Source: an uncultured Acidobacteriota bacterium
GTDB lineage: Bacteria > Acidobacteriota > Thermoanaerobaculia > Multivoradales > UBA5704
Length of the DNA: 64,000 nucleotides
Reading direction: 5' to 3'
Assembly (NCBI GenBank): GCA_963770895.1
Contig: CAVYRF010000002.1
Location: 5,440,001 to 5,504,000 of the forward strand
Shown here in pieces: positions 42,226-51,942 of this stretch; position 1 is the stretch's first letter, and each line of letters begins with the position of its first letter. The notes below the pieces were generated by a model that was given only the letters and a program-made list of their open reading frames with translations, had not been told where the DNA came from and did not search any database. A program made the translations under genes and the position numbers.

Positions 42226-43341
42226 GTGAAATTCGTCGACGAGTTCCGGGACCCCCACCTGATCCGGCAGGCCGCGGCGGAGATCCGCCGGCTGGCCGAT
42301 CCGGACCGCCACTACCGCATCATGGAGGTCTGCGGCGGCCACACCCACTCGATCTACCGCTTCGCCCTGGGCGACCTGCTGCCCGAAAACATCGAGCTGG
42401 TGCACGGGCCGGGGTGCCCGGTGTGCGTGCTGCCGATGGGGCGCACCGACGACGGCCTGGCGGTGGCGGAGCGGCCGGAGGTGATCCTGACCGCGTTCGG
42501 CGACGTCATGCGGGTGCCCGGCACCAAGGGGAGCCCGCTGCAGCACAAGGCGCGCGGCGTCGACGTGCGCATGGTCTATTCGCCGCTCGACGCGCTGGCC
42601 CTGGCGCAGCGCGAGCCCGAGCGCCAGGTGGTGTTTTTCTCGATCGGCTTCGAGACCACGGCGCCCTCGACGGCGCTGACGCTGCGGCGCGCCCGCCAGC
42701 TGGGGCTGCGCAACTTCACCGTCTACTGCAACCACGTGACGATCATTCCCGCCATCCGCGCCATCCTGGATTCGCCCGGCATGCGGCTGGACGCCTTCAT
42801 CGGTCCCGGCCACGTCTCGACGGTGATCGGCTGCCGCCCCTACGAATTCGTCACCCAGGACTACGGCAAGCCGATCGTGGTCGCGGGCTTCGAACCGCTC
42901 GACCTGATGCAGTCGATCGTGATGATCCTGCGCCAGCTGCGCGACGGGCGGGCGGAGGTCGAAAACCAGTACTCGCGCGTGGTGCCCTGGGAGGGCAACA
43001 TGCCGGCGCTCCAGGCCATGGCCGAGACGTTCGAGCTGCGCCCCTACTTCGAATGGCGCGGGCTGGGCTTCATCTCGCAGTCGGCGCTCAAGATCCGCGA
43101 CTCCTACGCCGAATGGGACGCCGAGCAGCGCTTCAGCATGCCGGGGGTGCGCGTCACCGACCCCAAGGCGGCGCAATGCGGCGAGGTGCTCAAGGGGGTG
43201 CTCAAGCCGCCGCGCTGCAAGCTGTTCGGCAAGGAGTGCACGCCCGAAACGCCGGTCGGCGCGCTGATGGTCTCTTCCGAGGGCGCCTGCGCCGCCTACC
43301 ACCAATACGTGCTCCAGCGGGCTGCGGCGACGGGTGGCTGA
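42226..43341 (+). CDS. hypD: Hydrogenase maturation protein HypD
   Basis: MEVCGGHTH, GPGCPVC, GFETT, PGHVS, MVSSEGAC. Confidence 0.97.
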   Translation: MKFVDEFRDPHLIRQAAAEIRRLADPDRHYRIMEVCGGHTHSIYRFALGDLLPENIELVHGPGCPVCVLPMGRTDDGLAVAERPEVILTAFGDVMRVPGTKGSPLQHKARGVDVRMVYSPLDALALAQREPERQVVFFSIGFETTAPSTALTLRRARQLGLRNFTVYCNHVTIIPAIRAILDSPGMRLDAFIGPGHVSTVIGCRPYEFVTQDYGKPIVVAGFEPLDLMQSIVMILRQLRDGRAEVENQYSRVVPWEGNMPALQAMAETFELRPYFEWRGLGFISQSALKIRDSYAEWDAEQRFSMPGVRVTDPKAAQCGEVLKGVLKPPRCKLFGKECTPETPVGALMVSSEGACAAYHQYVLQRAAATGG

Positions 43342-44377
43342 CTCGACCAACCGGCAGGTCCGCTTTCGCGACCCGCAGATCGAGATGGCGCACGGCGCCG
43401 GCGGCAAGGCCAGCCGGCGCCTGGTGGAAGGACTGTTCGCGCCGCTGTTCGGCGGCCCGCTGCTCGAGCCTTTGGGGGACGCCGCCTACCTGGACGTCAA
43501 CGGCAGCCGCCTGGCGCTGACCGCCGACAGCTTCGTGGTGCGGCCGCTGCGCTTCGCCGGCGGCTCCATCGGCGAGCTGGCGGTCAACGGCACCCTGAAC
43601 GACCTGGCGGTCGCCGGCGCCAGCCCGCTCGGCCTGCTGACCACCTTCGTGCTGGAGGCCGGCGTGGCGGGCGCGGTGGTGGAAGCCGAGGCGCGCGCCA
43701 TGGCCGCCGCCGCCGAGCGCGCCGGCGTCGCCATTCTGGGCGGCGACACCAAGGTGGTGGAGCACGGCAAGGCCGACGGCATGTACATCACGACCGCCGG
43801 GATCGGCGCCGTCGACCCGCGGGCGCGCTGCTCGCCGGCCGCGGTGCGCCCCGGCGACCAGGTGCTGCTGTCGGGGCCGATCGGCGATCACGGCATCACC
43901 ATCCTGCTGGCGCGCGGCGACGTCGACCTGGAAGCCGACCTGGCGTCCGACACCCGCCCGGTGTGGCCGCTGGTAGCGGCGCTGCTCGACGCCGCGGGCG
44001 GCGGCGTGCACTGGATGCGCGACCCGACGCGCGGCGGCGTGGCGACCTCGCTCAACGAGCTGGCGCGCGACAGCGGCCTGGGCGTCGTGCTGTTCGAGGA
44101 GCGTGTGCCGGTGCGCGAAGCGGTGCGCGGCGCCTGCGAGCTGCTGGGGCTCGACCCGCTGCACATCGCCAACGAAGGGCAGTTTCTGGCGGTGGTGGCG
44201 CCCGAGCTGGCGGAAGCGGCGCTGGCGGCGCTGCGGGCCGCCCCCGGCGGCCAGGACGCTGTGCTGCTGGGCGAGGTGCGCGCCGAGCCGGTGCGCGCCG
44301 TGCTGGCGATCTCCGCCTACGGCGGCGCGCGCGTGGTGGACATGCTGGTCGGCGACCCGCTGCCCAGGATCTGCTAG
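43334..44377 (+). CDS. hypE: Hydrogenase maturation protein HypE
   Basis: AHGAGG, GGDTKVV, MRDPTRGG, C-terminal LPRIC. Confidence 0.97.
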   Translation: MADSTNRQVRFRDPQIEMAHGAGGKASRRLVEGLFAPLFGGPLLEPLGDAAYLDVNGSRLALTADSFVVRPLRFAGGSIGELAVNGTLNDLAVAGASPLGLLTTFVLEAGVAGAVVEAEARAMAAAAERAGVAILGGDTKVVEHGKADGMYITTAGIGAVDPRARCSPAAVRPGDQVLLSGPIGDHGITILLARGDVDLEADLASDTRPVWPLVAALLDAAGGGVHWMRDPTRGGVATSLNELARDSGLGVVLFEERVPVREAVRGACELLGLDPLHIANEGQFLAVVAPELAEAALAALRAAPGGQDAVLLGEVRAEPVRAVLAISAYGGARVVDMLVGDPLPRIC

Positions 44378-44422
44378 GGGAAGCAGCGGGATGCCCGGCA
44401 GACAAAGAGTGGACCGCTGCCA

Positions 44423-45766
44423 ATGACGCCGACAACTCCGATCACACCGACGCCGCCGCCAGCTCCGACGGCGCCGGAGGACGGGCTGGCCCTGGAAGCG
44501 GCTGCCGGGCGGGCCGCGGATGCGGCGGGTGCCGCGGCCGGCGCGGATGCGGAGTCGACGTTGCTGGCGGCGCTGGCGGCACAGGTGGCGGCGGGGCTGC
44601 GCGAGCGCAACCGGATCTCGCGCCAGCTGTTTCCGCGCGAGGCGGGGCGCCTGGCGGCGGCGTGCCGCGAGATGTCCGAGCGGTTCTTGCGCGGCGGGCG
44701 GCTGCTGGCGTTCGGGCGGGCACACGCGGCGACCGATGCGCAGCACGTGGCGGTGGAATTTGTGCACCCGGTGATCGTCGGCAAGCGGGCGCTGCCGGCC
44801 CTGGACCTGTCGGCGGCGTTCCGCGAGTGGTTGCCGGCGATCGTGCGGCCGGAAGACATCGTGATGGGGTTTGGACCGCCGGCGGGGGACGCGGAGGTCG
44901 CGGCGGCGCTGGCCGTGGCGCGGCAGCGCGGGGCGATGACCTTCGCGTTGCCGGCGAGCGGCGCGGAGGCCGACTACGCGGTGGCGTCGCCGTCGGCCGA
45001 TCCGTACATCCACCAGGAGCTGCTGGAAGTCCTGTACCACACGCTGTGGGAGAGCGTGCACGTATTTTTCGAGCACCGCGAGATGGGGCACGACGTCGGC
45101 AGCTCCGGCTTTCTCTACCCGTTCCTGGGGCGGCAGAAGCAGGACACTTCCGGCATCGTCGAGCAGGTCGCGGCGTCGATCCTGGCCAAGGCGGCGGACG
45201 ACGAAGCGCTGCGCGAGACGACGGCGGAGCGCGACGCCGGCGCCATCGCCGCCGCCGCCCTGGCCATCCACCGCAGCGTCGCCGCCGGCGGCACGCTGCT
45301 GCTCTTCGGCAACGGCGGTTCGGCCACCGACGCCAACGATTGGGCGCTCGACTGCGCCGTGCCGGCCAAGCCGCGGCGGCCGATCGCCGCCGTATCGCTG
45401 TCCATGGAGCCGGCCAGCCTGAGCGCCATCGCCAACGACGTGGGCGCCGAGGCGGTGTTCCTGCGCCAGCTGATCGCCCAGGCGCGGCGCGGCGACGTGG
45501 CGGTCGCGATTTCGACCAGCGGCGGCTCGGCCAACATCCTGGCGGCGCTCGAAGAGGCGCGCAAGCGGGGCATGCTGACCGTGGCCCTCCTGGGCTACGA
45601 CGGTGGGGAAGTGGTGCGGCGGGGGCTCGCGGACCACGCGCTGGTGGTGCGCTGCGACTACGTGCCGCGCATCCAGGAGATCCAGGCGTCGATCTATCAC
45701 GCTATCCTGGACGCCATGGAGAGCTGCGGCGGCGGCGCCGCCGCGGCCGACGACGACCATGGCTAG
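44423..45766 (+). CDS. Tandem SIS-domain (GmhA-like) protein of the hydrogenase cluster
   Basis: Two SIS-like halves: ATDAQHVAVEFVHP, and FGNGGSATDA...ISTSGGS...PRIQE. Confidence 0.85.
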   Translation: MTPTTPITPTPPPAPTAPEDGLALEAAAGRAADAAGAAAGADAESTLLAALAAQVAAGLRERNRISRQLFPREAGRLAAACREMSERFLRGGRLLAFGRAHAATDAQHVAVEFVHPVIVGKRALPALDLSAAFREWLPAIVRPEDIVMGFGPPAGDAEVAAALAVARQRGAMTFALPASGAEADYAVASPSADPYIHQELLEVLYHTLWESVHVFFEHREMGHDVGSSGFLYPFLGRQKQDTSGIVEQVAASILAKAADDEALRETTAERDAGAIAAAALAIHRSVAAGGTLLLFGNGGSATDANDWALDCAVPAKPRRPIAAVSLSMEPASLSAIANDVGAEAVFLRQLIAQARRGDVAVAISTSGGSANILAALEEARKRGMLTVALLGYDGGEVVRRGLADHALVVRCDYVPRIQEIQASIYHAILDAMESCGGGAAAADDDHG

Positions 45767-46058
45767 CAAAATCGAGCTGTACGGCACCGACAGCTGCCCG
45801 TTCACCGCCGAGCTGCGCGAGCAGCTGCAGTGGGACGGCGTCAGCTTCGTCGAATACGACGTGGAAGCCGACCCGGAGGCGGCGCGGCGGCTGGCGGCGC
45901 TGATCGAAGCGCCGGCGCGGGTGCCGGTGCTGGTCGAAGACGGGCGCGTGACCACGGTCGGCTGGCAGGGCCGCACCTGCATGGTCGATCTGAGCGCGGT
46001 GCCGGCGCCCTTGCCGCCGCCGCCGTCGCCCGATTCCGAGCCTTCCGGGAGCCACTGA
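45759..46058 (+). CDS. Glutaredoxin-like protein
   Basis: LYGTDSCPFT, EYDVE, RVPVL, GWQGRTC. Confidence 0.8.
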   Translation: MASKIELYGTDSCPFTAELREQLQWDGVSFVEYDVEADPEAARRLAALIEAPARVPVLVEDGRVTTVGWQGRTCMVDLSAVPAPLPPPPSPDSEPSGSH

Positions 46059-46059
46059 C

Positions 46060-48951
46060 GTGACGCCAGCCGACCCGCCACCCAGCCGCGCGGTGGGTGA
46101 CGCGGCCGCGGCGCCTCCGGCAACCTTGGCCACTGCCGCGACACCGGCGACCGAGGCAACTCAGGCGAAGTCGGCCACCCCGACTGCCGCGGAAGCACCG
46201 GTCGCCTTGGCAGATCCGACTGCTCCGGCCAACCCTGATACTTTTCGGACCCCGGCGACGCAGGCGAAATCGGCTACGGCTGCCGCCCCGGAAGGAGCGA
46301 TCTCCCCGGCGACGGCAGCAGATCTGGCCACACCGGCCGCTGCGGCCGCCCCGGCGGCTGCCGGCAGCTCGGCGTCCCCTGTGGACGCCTTGGCCGCCGT
46401 TGCGCCAGGGCCGCCGCCGCCGGCGCTGCCGACGGTCAACGCGCGGCGGCTGCGGGTCGCAGGCGTCGTGCAGGGGGTGGGTTTCAGGCCGTTCGTGTAC
46501 CGGCTGGCGCGCGACGCCGGAGTTACCGGCTGGGTGCGCAACGGCGCCGGCGGGGTCGAGATCCACGTCGAGGGGCACGCGGCGGCGCTGGACCGCTTCG
46601 TCGCGCGGCTGCAAGCGGAGCCGCCGGCGGCGGCGCGCATTTCCCAGGTCGAGATCGCCGCGGCGACCGCCACCGGCGCCGTGGGGTTCCACATCCACGA
46701 CAGTGCCGCGACCGACCGGCCGACGGCGCGCATCGCGCCCGATCTGCCAGTGTGCGACGCTTGCCTGGCCGAGCTGGCCGATGCGGCCGACCGGCGCTTC
46801 CGCTATCCGTACATCAACTGCACCGACTGCGGACCGCGCTATTCGCTCGTCCTGGGGCTGCCCTACGACCGCGCGCAGACCACCATGCGGGAATGGCCGC
46901 TGTGCGCAGACTGCGCGGGCGAGTATGCCGACCCCGGCGAACGCCGCTTTCATGCCGAACCGGTCGCCTGCCCGGCATGCGGTCCGCGCTACCGGCTGGT
47001 GCGTGCAGACGGGGTGGCTGCCGACGGCGGCGCCAGTTCCGTCTCCGACGACTCCGGGGGGTGGGAGGCGATCGTCGAGGCCGCCCGGCTTCTTGCCCAG
47101 GGCGCCCTGGTTGCGGTCAAGGGAGTGGGGGGGTACCACCTGGCGTGCGATGCCGTCAATGGCGCGGCGGTGGCCGCGTTGCGTGAGCGCAAGTTCCGCA
47201 AGGAGAAGCCGTTCGCGGTGATGGCGCGCGACCTGGCGGCGGCGCGGCGGGCGGTCGAGCTGGATGCCGCCGGCGAGGCGCTGCTTGTCGCAGCGGCGCG
47301 GCCGATCGTGCTGGCGCCGGCGCGGCGCGACCTGGACCAGGTCGCGCCCGGCAACCGTGACCTGGGGGTGATGCTGCCCTATACGCCGCTGCATCACCTG
47401 CTGTTCGCGGCGGGCGCGCCCGAGCTGCTGGTGATGACCAGCGCCAACCGGTCGAGCGAGCCGATCGCCTACCGCGACGCGGAGGCACTGGAGCGGCTGG
47501 CCGGCATCGCCGACGCGTTCCTGGTGGGCGAGCGCCCGATCGCGCGGCGGGTGGACGATTCGGTGGCGCGCGCCGGGGTGCTGGGTCCCGCGATCCTGCG
47601 CCGCTCCCGCGGCTACGCCCCCGGTATCGTGGCGCGCCTGCCGGACGCAGGGCCGCTGCTGGCGGTCGGCGCCGATCTCAAGAACACCGTGACGCTGGTC
47701 GTCGGCGGCGAGGCGCTGGTCAGCCAGCACGTCGGTGACCTGGATCAGCTGGCGGCGCTGGAGGCGTTCCGCGACACCGCCCGCGACCTGGTGGCGATGT
47801 ACGGGCTGCGCTTTGAGGAGCTGACGGTGGTGCACGACCTGCACCCCCAGTATGCATCCACCCTGTACGCCCGCGACCTGCCGGCGCGGCGGACGCTCGC
47901 GGTGCAGCACCACCGCGCCCACGTCGCGTCGGTGCTGGCCGAGCGCGGCGAGCTGGCGCGGCGGGTCCTGGGCGTCGCCCTGGACGGCACCGGCTACGGC
48001 GACGACGGCACGATCTGGGGCGGCGAGGTGTTCTGCGGCAGCGTCGCCGCGGGTTTCGAGCGGGTCGCCGCGCTGCGCCCGGCGGCGCTGCCGGGCGGCG
48101 ACGCCGCGGCGCTGCACCCGGTGCAGGCGGCGGCCGGCCTGCTGGCCGAGATCGACGGCCTCCCCGACCTGCTGGCGGCGCCGTTTCACTTCCCGGCGCG
48201 CTACACGCAGGCCCGCCAGCTGGTGGACAAGGGGGTGCGCACGTTCCGCACCAGCTCGGCGGGGCGGCTGTTCGACACCGCCGCGGCGCTGCTCGGCTTC
48301 ACCCGCGCGGTCAGCTACGAAGGACAGGCCGCGATCTGGCTCGAACAGCTGGCGCGCGCCGCGCCGCCGGTGGCGGACCTGCCGTTCGGGGTCGTCGCGC
48401 CAGGACCTGGCGGTGCCGGACGTGACGGCGCGGAAGCCGGCGGCATGGCGTACGGCACGGGCGGCGCGATGGGCGGCGCGGGCGCGGGGGCCGCCGGCAG
48501 CGCGGCCGCTGGCGCCATCCTGGAGCTGGACCCGCGGCCGGCGCTTCTCGCCCTGGCAACCGAACGCCGCCGCGGGCGTGACGTAGGCGAGCTGGCGCGC
48601 GCGTTTCACGGCGCCGTCGCCGCGGGACTTGCCGTCTGCCTGGTGGACCTGGGCGCCGCGCACGGCGTCGACACGGTGGTGCTGTCGGGCGGCGTCTTCC
48701 AGAACGAGCTGCTGCTGGGCGAGCTGGCGCGCCGCCTGGCCGCGGCCGGGATGGCGCCGTGGACCAACCAGCAGGTGCCGCCCAACGACGGCGGCATCAG
48801 CCTGGGACAGGCGGCGCTAGTGGCCTGTGCCGCCCCAGCCGTCGAGGGCAAGCCAGGCGCTATGGATTTTGCTGGACCAGGCCGCTCAGCTGCGGCTTCG
48901 CCGGCCGCGCCGGCCCCTGCCGGGGCGGCGCCGGTCGGGCCCGCCGCCTAA
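46060..48951 (+). CDS. hypF: Carbamoyltransferase HypF (start may be ~46381)
   Basis: GVVQGVGFRPFVY acylphosphatase domain; CxxC zinc fingers; KGVGGYHL; HDLHP; QHHRAH; PPNDGGISLGQ. Confidence 0.95.
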   Translation: MTPADPPPSRAVGDAAAAPPATLATAATPATEATQAKSATPTAAEAPVALADPTAPANPDTFRTPATQAKSATAAAPEGAISPATAADLATPAAAAAPAAAGSSASPVDALAAVAPGPPPPALPTVNARRLRVAGVVQGVGFRPFVYRLARDAGVTGWVRNGAGGVEIHVEGHAAALDRFVARLQAEPPAAARISQVEIAAATATGAVGFHIHDSAATDRPTARIAPDLPVCDACLAELADAADRRFRYPYINCTDCGPRYSLVLGLPYDRAQTTMREWPLCADCAGEYADPGERRFHAEPVACPACGPRYRLVRADGVAADGGASSVSDDSGGWEAIVEAARLLAQGALVAVKGVGGYHLACDAVNGAAVAALRERKFRKEKPFAVMARDLAAARRAVELDAAGEALLVAAARPIVLAPARRDLDQVAPGNRDLGVMLPYTPLHHLLFAAGAPELLVMTSANRSSEPIAYRDAEALERLAGIADAFLVGERPIARRVDDSVARAGVLGPAILRRSRGYAPGIVARLPDAGPLLAVGADLKNTVTLVVGGEALVSQHVGDLDQLAALEAFRDTARDLVAMYGLRFEELTVVHDLHPQYASTLYARDLPARRTLAVQHHRAHVASVLAERGELARRVLGVALDGTGYGDDGTIWGGEVFCGSVAAGFERVAALRPAALPGGDAAALHPVQAAAGLLAEIDGLPDLLAAPFHFPARYTQARQLVDKGVRTFRTSSAGRLFDTAAALLGFTRAVSYEGQAAIWLEQLARAAPPVADLPFGVVAPGPGGAGRDGAEAGGMAYGTGGAMGGAGAGAAGSAAAGAILELDPRPALLALATERRRGRDVGELARAFHGAVAAGLAVCLVDLGAAHGVDTVVLSGGVFQNELLLGELARRLAAAGMAPWTNQQVPPNDGGISLGQAALVACAAPAVEGKPGAMDFAGPGRSAAASPAAPAPAGAAPVGPAA

Positions 48952-49022
48952 ACCTTCCGGCGCCGCCTGCGTAGCTTTCGTGACAGCGGTTTTCATCGCC
49001 AACGATCCTCGCAGGAGGTGCC

Positions 49023-50168
49023 ATGCAGCGACGTGTTTCCTTGTTGTCCGTACTCTTGACGGCGGGCGCGCTTGCCGCCGTGCCGGCCACAGCGCAGTTC
49101 GTCAACCTGCCGCCTTCGGGCGGCAACCAGCGGGCGGAGGTGGAGCAGCACCTCGGCCTGGTCAGCGTCAGCATCGAGTACAGCAGCCCGCACGTGCATA
49201 GCGCGGCGGGGGTGGATCGCAAGGGCCAGATCTGGGGGAAGCTGGTGCCGTATGGCATGGCCAACCTGGGCTTCGGCACCTGCGGCGATCAGTGCCCGTG
49301 GCGCGGCGGCGCCAACGAGAACACGGTGTTCACCACCTCGCACGACATCCTGGTGCAGGGTCAGCCGCTGCCGGCTGGCAGGTACGGCCTGCACTTCATT
49401 CCCGGCCCCGACGAATGGACCATCATCTTTTCGAAGAACTCGACGTCGTGGGGAAGCTTTTTCTATGACGCCAAGGAAGACATGTTGCGGGTCAAGGCAA
49501 AGCCCGAGGCGGCCGAGTACCGCGAGGTGCTGACCTACGAGTTCCCGGAGCGGCGCCTGGACACGGCGACGGCGGCCCTGGAATGGGAAAACCTCAAGCT
49601 GCCCTTCGTCATCACGGTCAGCGACGTGCCGGGCCTGTACGTGGAATCGCTGCGCAAGCAGCTGCAATCGACCGCCGGTTTCAGCTGGGAAGGGCGTCAT
49701 GCGGCCGCCCAGTACTGCCTGACCAACAAGACGCACCTGGATCAGGGGCTGCGCTGGGCGGAGGAATCGATCGACGCCAACCTCGGCGGCCAGACGAACT
49801 TTGCCAATTACCTGCTGATCTCGCAGTTGCAGGAGGCGACCGGCAAATCCGCCGAAGCGCACGCCACGCTCGAAAAAGCTCTGGCCGATCCGAACGCCGG
49901 CGCGGTCGAGGTGCACGTGTACGGGCGCCAGCTGCTGGCGGAGCACAAGACCCAGGAAGCCATGAAGGTCTTCGAGATGAACGCCAAGCGCCACCCCAAC
50001 CAATGGCCGGTTCACCTGGGCCTGGGGCGCGGGTACGCGGCGCTGGGCCGCACCCAGGAGGCGATCGCCGAGCTGAAGCTGGCCCAGCCCCAGGCGCCGG
50101 ACGACGTCAACCGCAAGAACATCGGCGACCTGATCGACAAGCTGAAGGCGGGCAAATCGATCGATTGA
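49023..50168 (+). CDS. Secreted DUF2911-like domain + TPR protein
   Basis: RBS AGGAGG; signal peptide; YSSP, IWGKLVPYG, WRGGANENT, LEWEN; helical TPR-like tail. Confidence 0.85.
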   Translation: MQRRVSLLSVLLTAGALAAVPATAQFVNLPPSGGNQRAEVEQHLGLVSVSIEYSSPHVHSAAGVDRKGQIWGKLVPYGMANLGFGTCGDQCPWRGGANENTVFTTSHDILVQGQPLPAGRYGLHFIPGPDEWTIIFSKNSTSWGSFFYDAKEDMLRVKAKPEAAEYREVLTYEFPERRLDTATAALEWENLKLPFVITVSDVPGLYVESLRKQLQSTAGFSWEGRHAAAQYCLTNKTHLDQGLRWAEESIDANLGGQTNFANYLLISQLQEATGKSAEAHATLEKALADPNAGAVEVHVYGRQLLAEHKTQEAMKVFEMNAKRHPNQWPVHLGLGRGYAALGRTQEAIAELKLAQPQAPDDVNRKNIGDLIDKLKAGKSID

Positions 50169-50266
50169 CCGCACACGGGCATCCAGCTTGCAAACTGTTC
50201 ATGCCGCGGGGGCCGCAAGGCCCCCGATCTCAAACGCGGGCCGCATGGGCTCGCAGGAGGAGGCGT

Positions 50267-50626
50267 ATGAGCATCCAAGCAAGCAGGCAGCTGAGGGCGT
50301 TGGTCGTGGCGGTGGGCGTGGTGGTCGCGTGCCTGAGCGTGGCCGGCTGCTACGCGGGACCGGCGGGTGTGGAAGTCGGCGCCGACTACGAAGTCGGTGG
50401 ACCGCCGCCGCCGTTGCAGGACGAGGTCGTCGTTGCGACACCCGGCCCCGATTTCGTCTGGGTAGGCGGTCACTACGAATATGGTGTCGACGCCAAGTCC
50501 TACACCTGGAGAGCGGGATCCTGGCAGCATCCGCCGCATGCGGGCGCGACCTGGGTGGCGCCCCGCTACGAAGAGCGCGGCGGCAAGCGGATCTATCACG
50601 CCGGCCATTGGGATCACCACCGGTAG
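50267..50626 (+). CDS. YXWGXW-repeat lipoprotein
   Basis: RBS AGGAGG; lipobox VAGC; PPPP..EV, FVWVGGHY, YTWRAGSW, YHAGHW. Confidence 0.85.
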   Translation: MSIQASRQLRALVVAVGVVVACLSVAGCYAGPAGVEVGADYEVGGPPPPLQDEVVVATPGPDFVWVGGHYEYGVDAKSYTWRAGSWQHPPHAGATWVAPRYEERGGKRIYHAGHWDHHR

Positions 50627-50704
50627 CCCGGAGCAGGTTTGAGCTGGAGGATTTTCCGTCCCAGGGGCGGCGCTGCCTGAGGCAGCGGCCGCCTCGCTCT
50701 GCTG

Positions 50705-50866
50705 GTGGCCTGTCCTGTTCGAATCGAAAGCGCCTGGCTTGCCCTCGACGGCGGGTGCGGCGTTGCGCCTCCTCGACATAGTTCCGACTATGCCTGCGTC
50801 GGCGCGCCTGGCCCCCGCCGCCGAATGGCGGCGCCATCCGCTTTCGATTTCTCCAGGACAGGCCAC
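50705..50866. mobile_element. 162-bp MITE/REP-like palindromic element
   Basis: 28-bp terminal inverted repeats with 24/28 matches; internal hairpin CATAGT-TCCG-ACTATG; related partial copy at 48820-48886. Confidence 0.6.
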
Positions 50867-51113
50867 TCGTCTTCCCGCCTTTGCCCGATCGCCCGCAAGT
50901 CGGGCCTGCAACATCTCGGTGACAGCACTTTAGACGGCACCGCAAGGGGGGGCTGTCGCGCTTTGGACGTTGCTCCACACTTTATAGGCATGGTACGGCC
51001 CTGCCGGGTCTGAACAGTACCCGCAGCGTGGCGCCGCCGGTGCGCAGCAATCCTTCGTCAGCATTTGCCGGCCGGACAGATAAGCGTTGCGACTCATCGT
51101 GGAGGCAACAGAG

Positions 51114-51932
51114 ATGAACCTTACGCAAGAGCAGGTTGAGCTCTATCGCAAAGACGGATATCTGTTCCTGCCGTCGCTGTTCTCGGCGGCGGAGCTGGAG
51201 CTGTTGAAGGCCGAGGTGCGCGCCGAATTCGCGGAGGAGTCGGATCGCACGGTCAAGGAAAAGGGCAGCGCGACGGTGCGTTCCGTCTATGGCTCGCACT
51301 TAAAAAATGATGTGTTCAAGCGTCTGTCGCGGTTGCCTCGCCTGGTGGGGCCGGCGCAGCAGCTGCTCGACGACGACGACGTGTACGTCTACCAGTTCAA
51401 GATCAACGCCAAGGTGGCGTTCGAAGGCGACCTGTGGCAGTGGCACCAGGACTACATCTTCTGGTTGAAGGAGGACGGGCTGCCGCAGCCGCGCGCGGTC
51501 AACGTGGTGGTGTATTTCGACGAAGTCAACGAGTTCAACGGTCCGCTGCTCTTCATCCCGGGCTCGCAGGAAGAAGGCGTGCTGGATCCTTCGGCCAGCA
51601 GCGGCCGGCCCGCCGGTTACGAAGACAAGCCGGATTGGGTTTCCGATCTGACCGCCGACCTCAAGTTCACCATCCACCGCGACACCCTGGCGCGCCTGGT
51701 CAATCAGCATCAGATCGTCGCGCCCAAGGGCGCCGCCGGCTCCGTGCTGTTTTTCCATCCCAACGTGGTGCACGGGTCGACGCAGAACATGTCGCCGTTC
51801 GATCGCACCCTGACGATCGTCACCTACAGCAGCGTCGGCAACGTACCGAAGCATGTGGTCAGGCCGGACTTTCTGGTCAGCCGCGACTACTCGGCGGTCG
51901 TGCCGCTCAGCCACGACGCGCTGGTGCCGTAA
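51114..51932 (+). CDS. Phytanoyl-CoA dioxygenase (PhyH/EctD-like) Fe(II)/2OG hydroxylase
   Basis: KDGYL, QFKINAK, WHQD (HxD), NGPLLFIPGS, VHGS...R. Confidence 0.9.
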   Translation: MNLTQEQVELYRKDGYLFLPSLFSAAELELLKAEVRAEFAEESDRTVKEKGSATVRSVYGSHLKNDVFKRLSRLPRLVGPAQQLLDDDDVYVYQFKINAKVAFEGDLWQWHQDYIFWLKEDGLPQPRAVNVVVYFDEVNEFNGPLLFIPGSQEEGVLDPSASSGRPAGYEDKPDWVSDLTADLKFTIHRDTLARLVNQHQIVAPKGAAGSVLFFHPNVVHGSTQNMSPFDRTLTIVTYSSVGNVPKHVVRPDFLVSRDYSAVVPLSHDALVP

Positions 51933-51942
51933 TCCCGCGCTG

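Noticed and set aside
44423-45766. LPS heptose biosynthesis locus
   Set aside because: No hldE/gmhB/waa genes; the context is hydrogenase maturation
50186-50260. c-di-GMP-I riboswitch-like string (GCAAAC...GGGCCGCAAGGCCCCCGATCT)
   Set aside because: Lacks the GNRA-capped P2 and a P3 partner strand; better explained as a simple GCAA-loop hairpin
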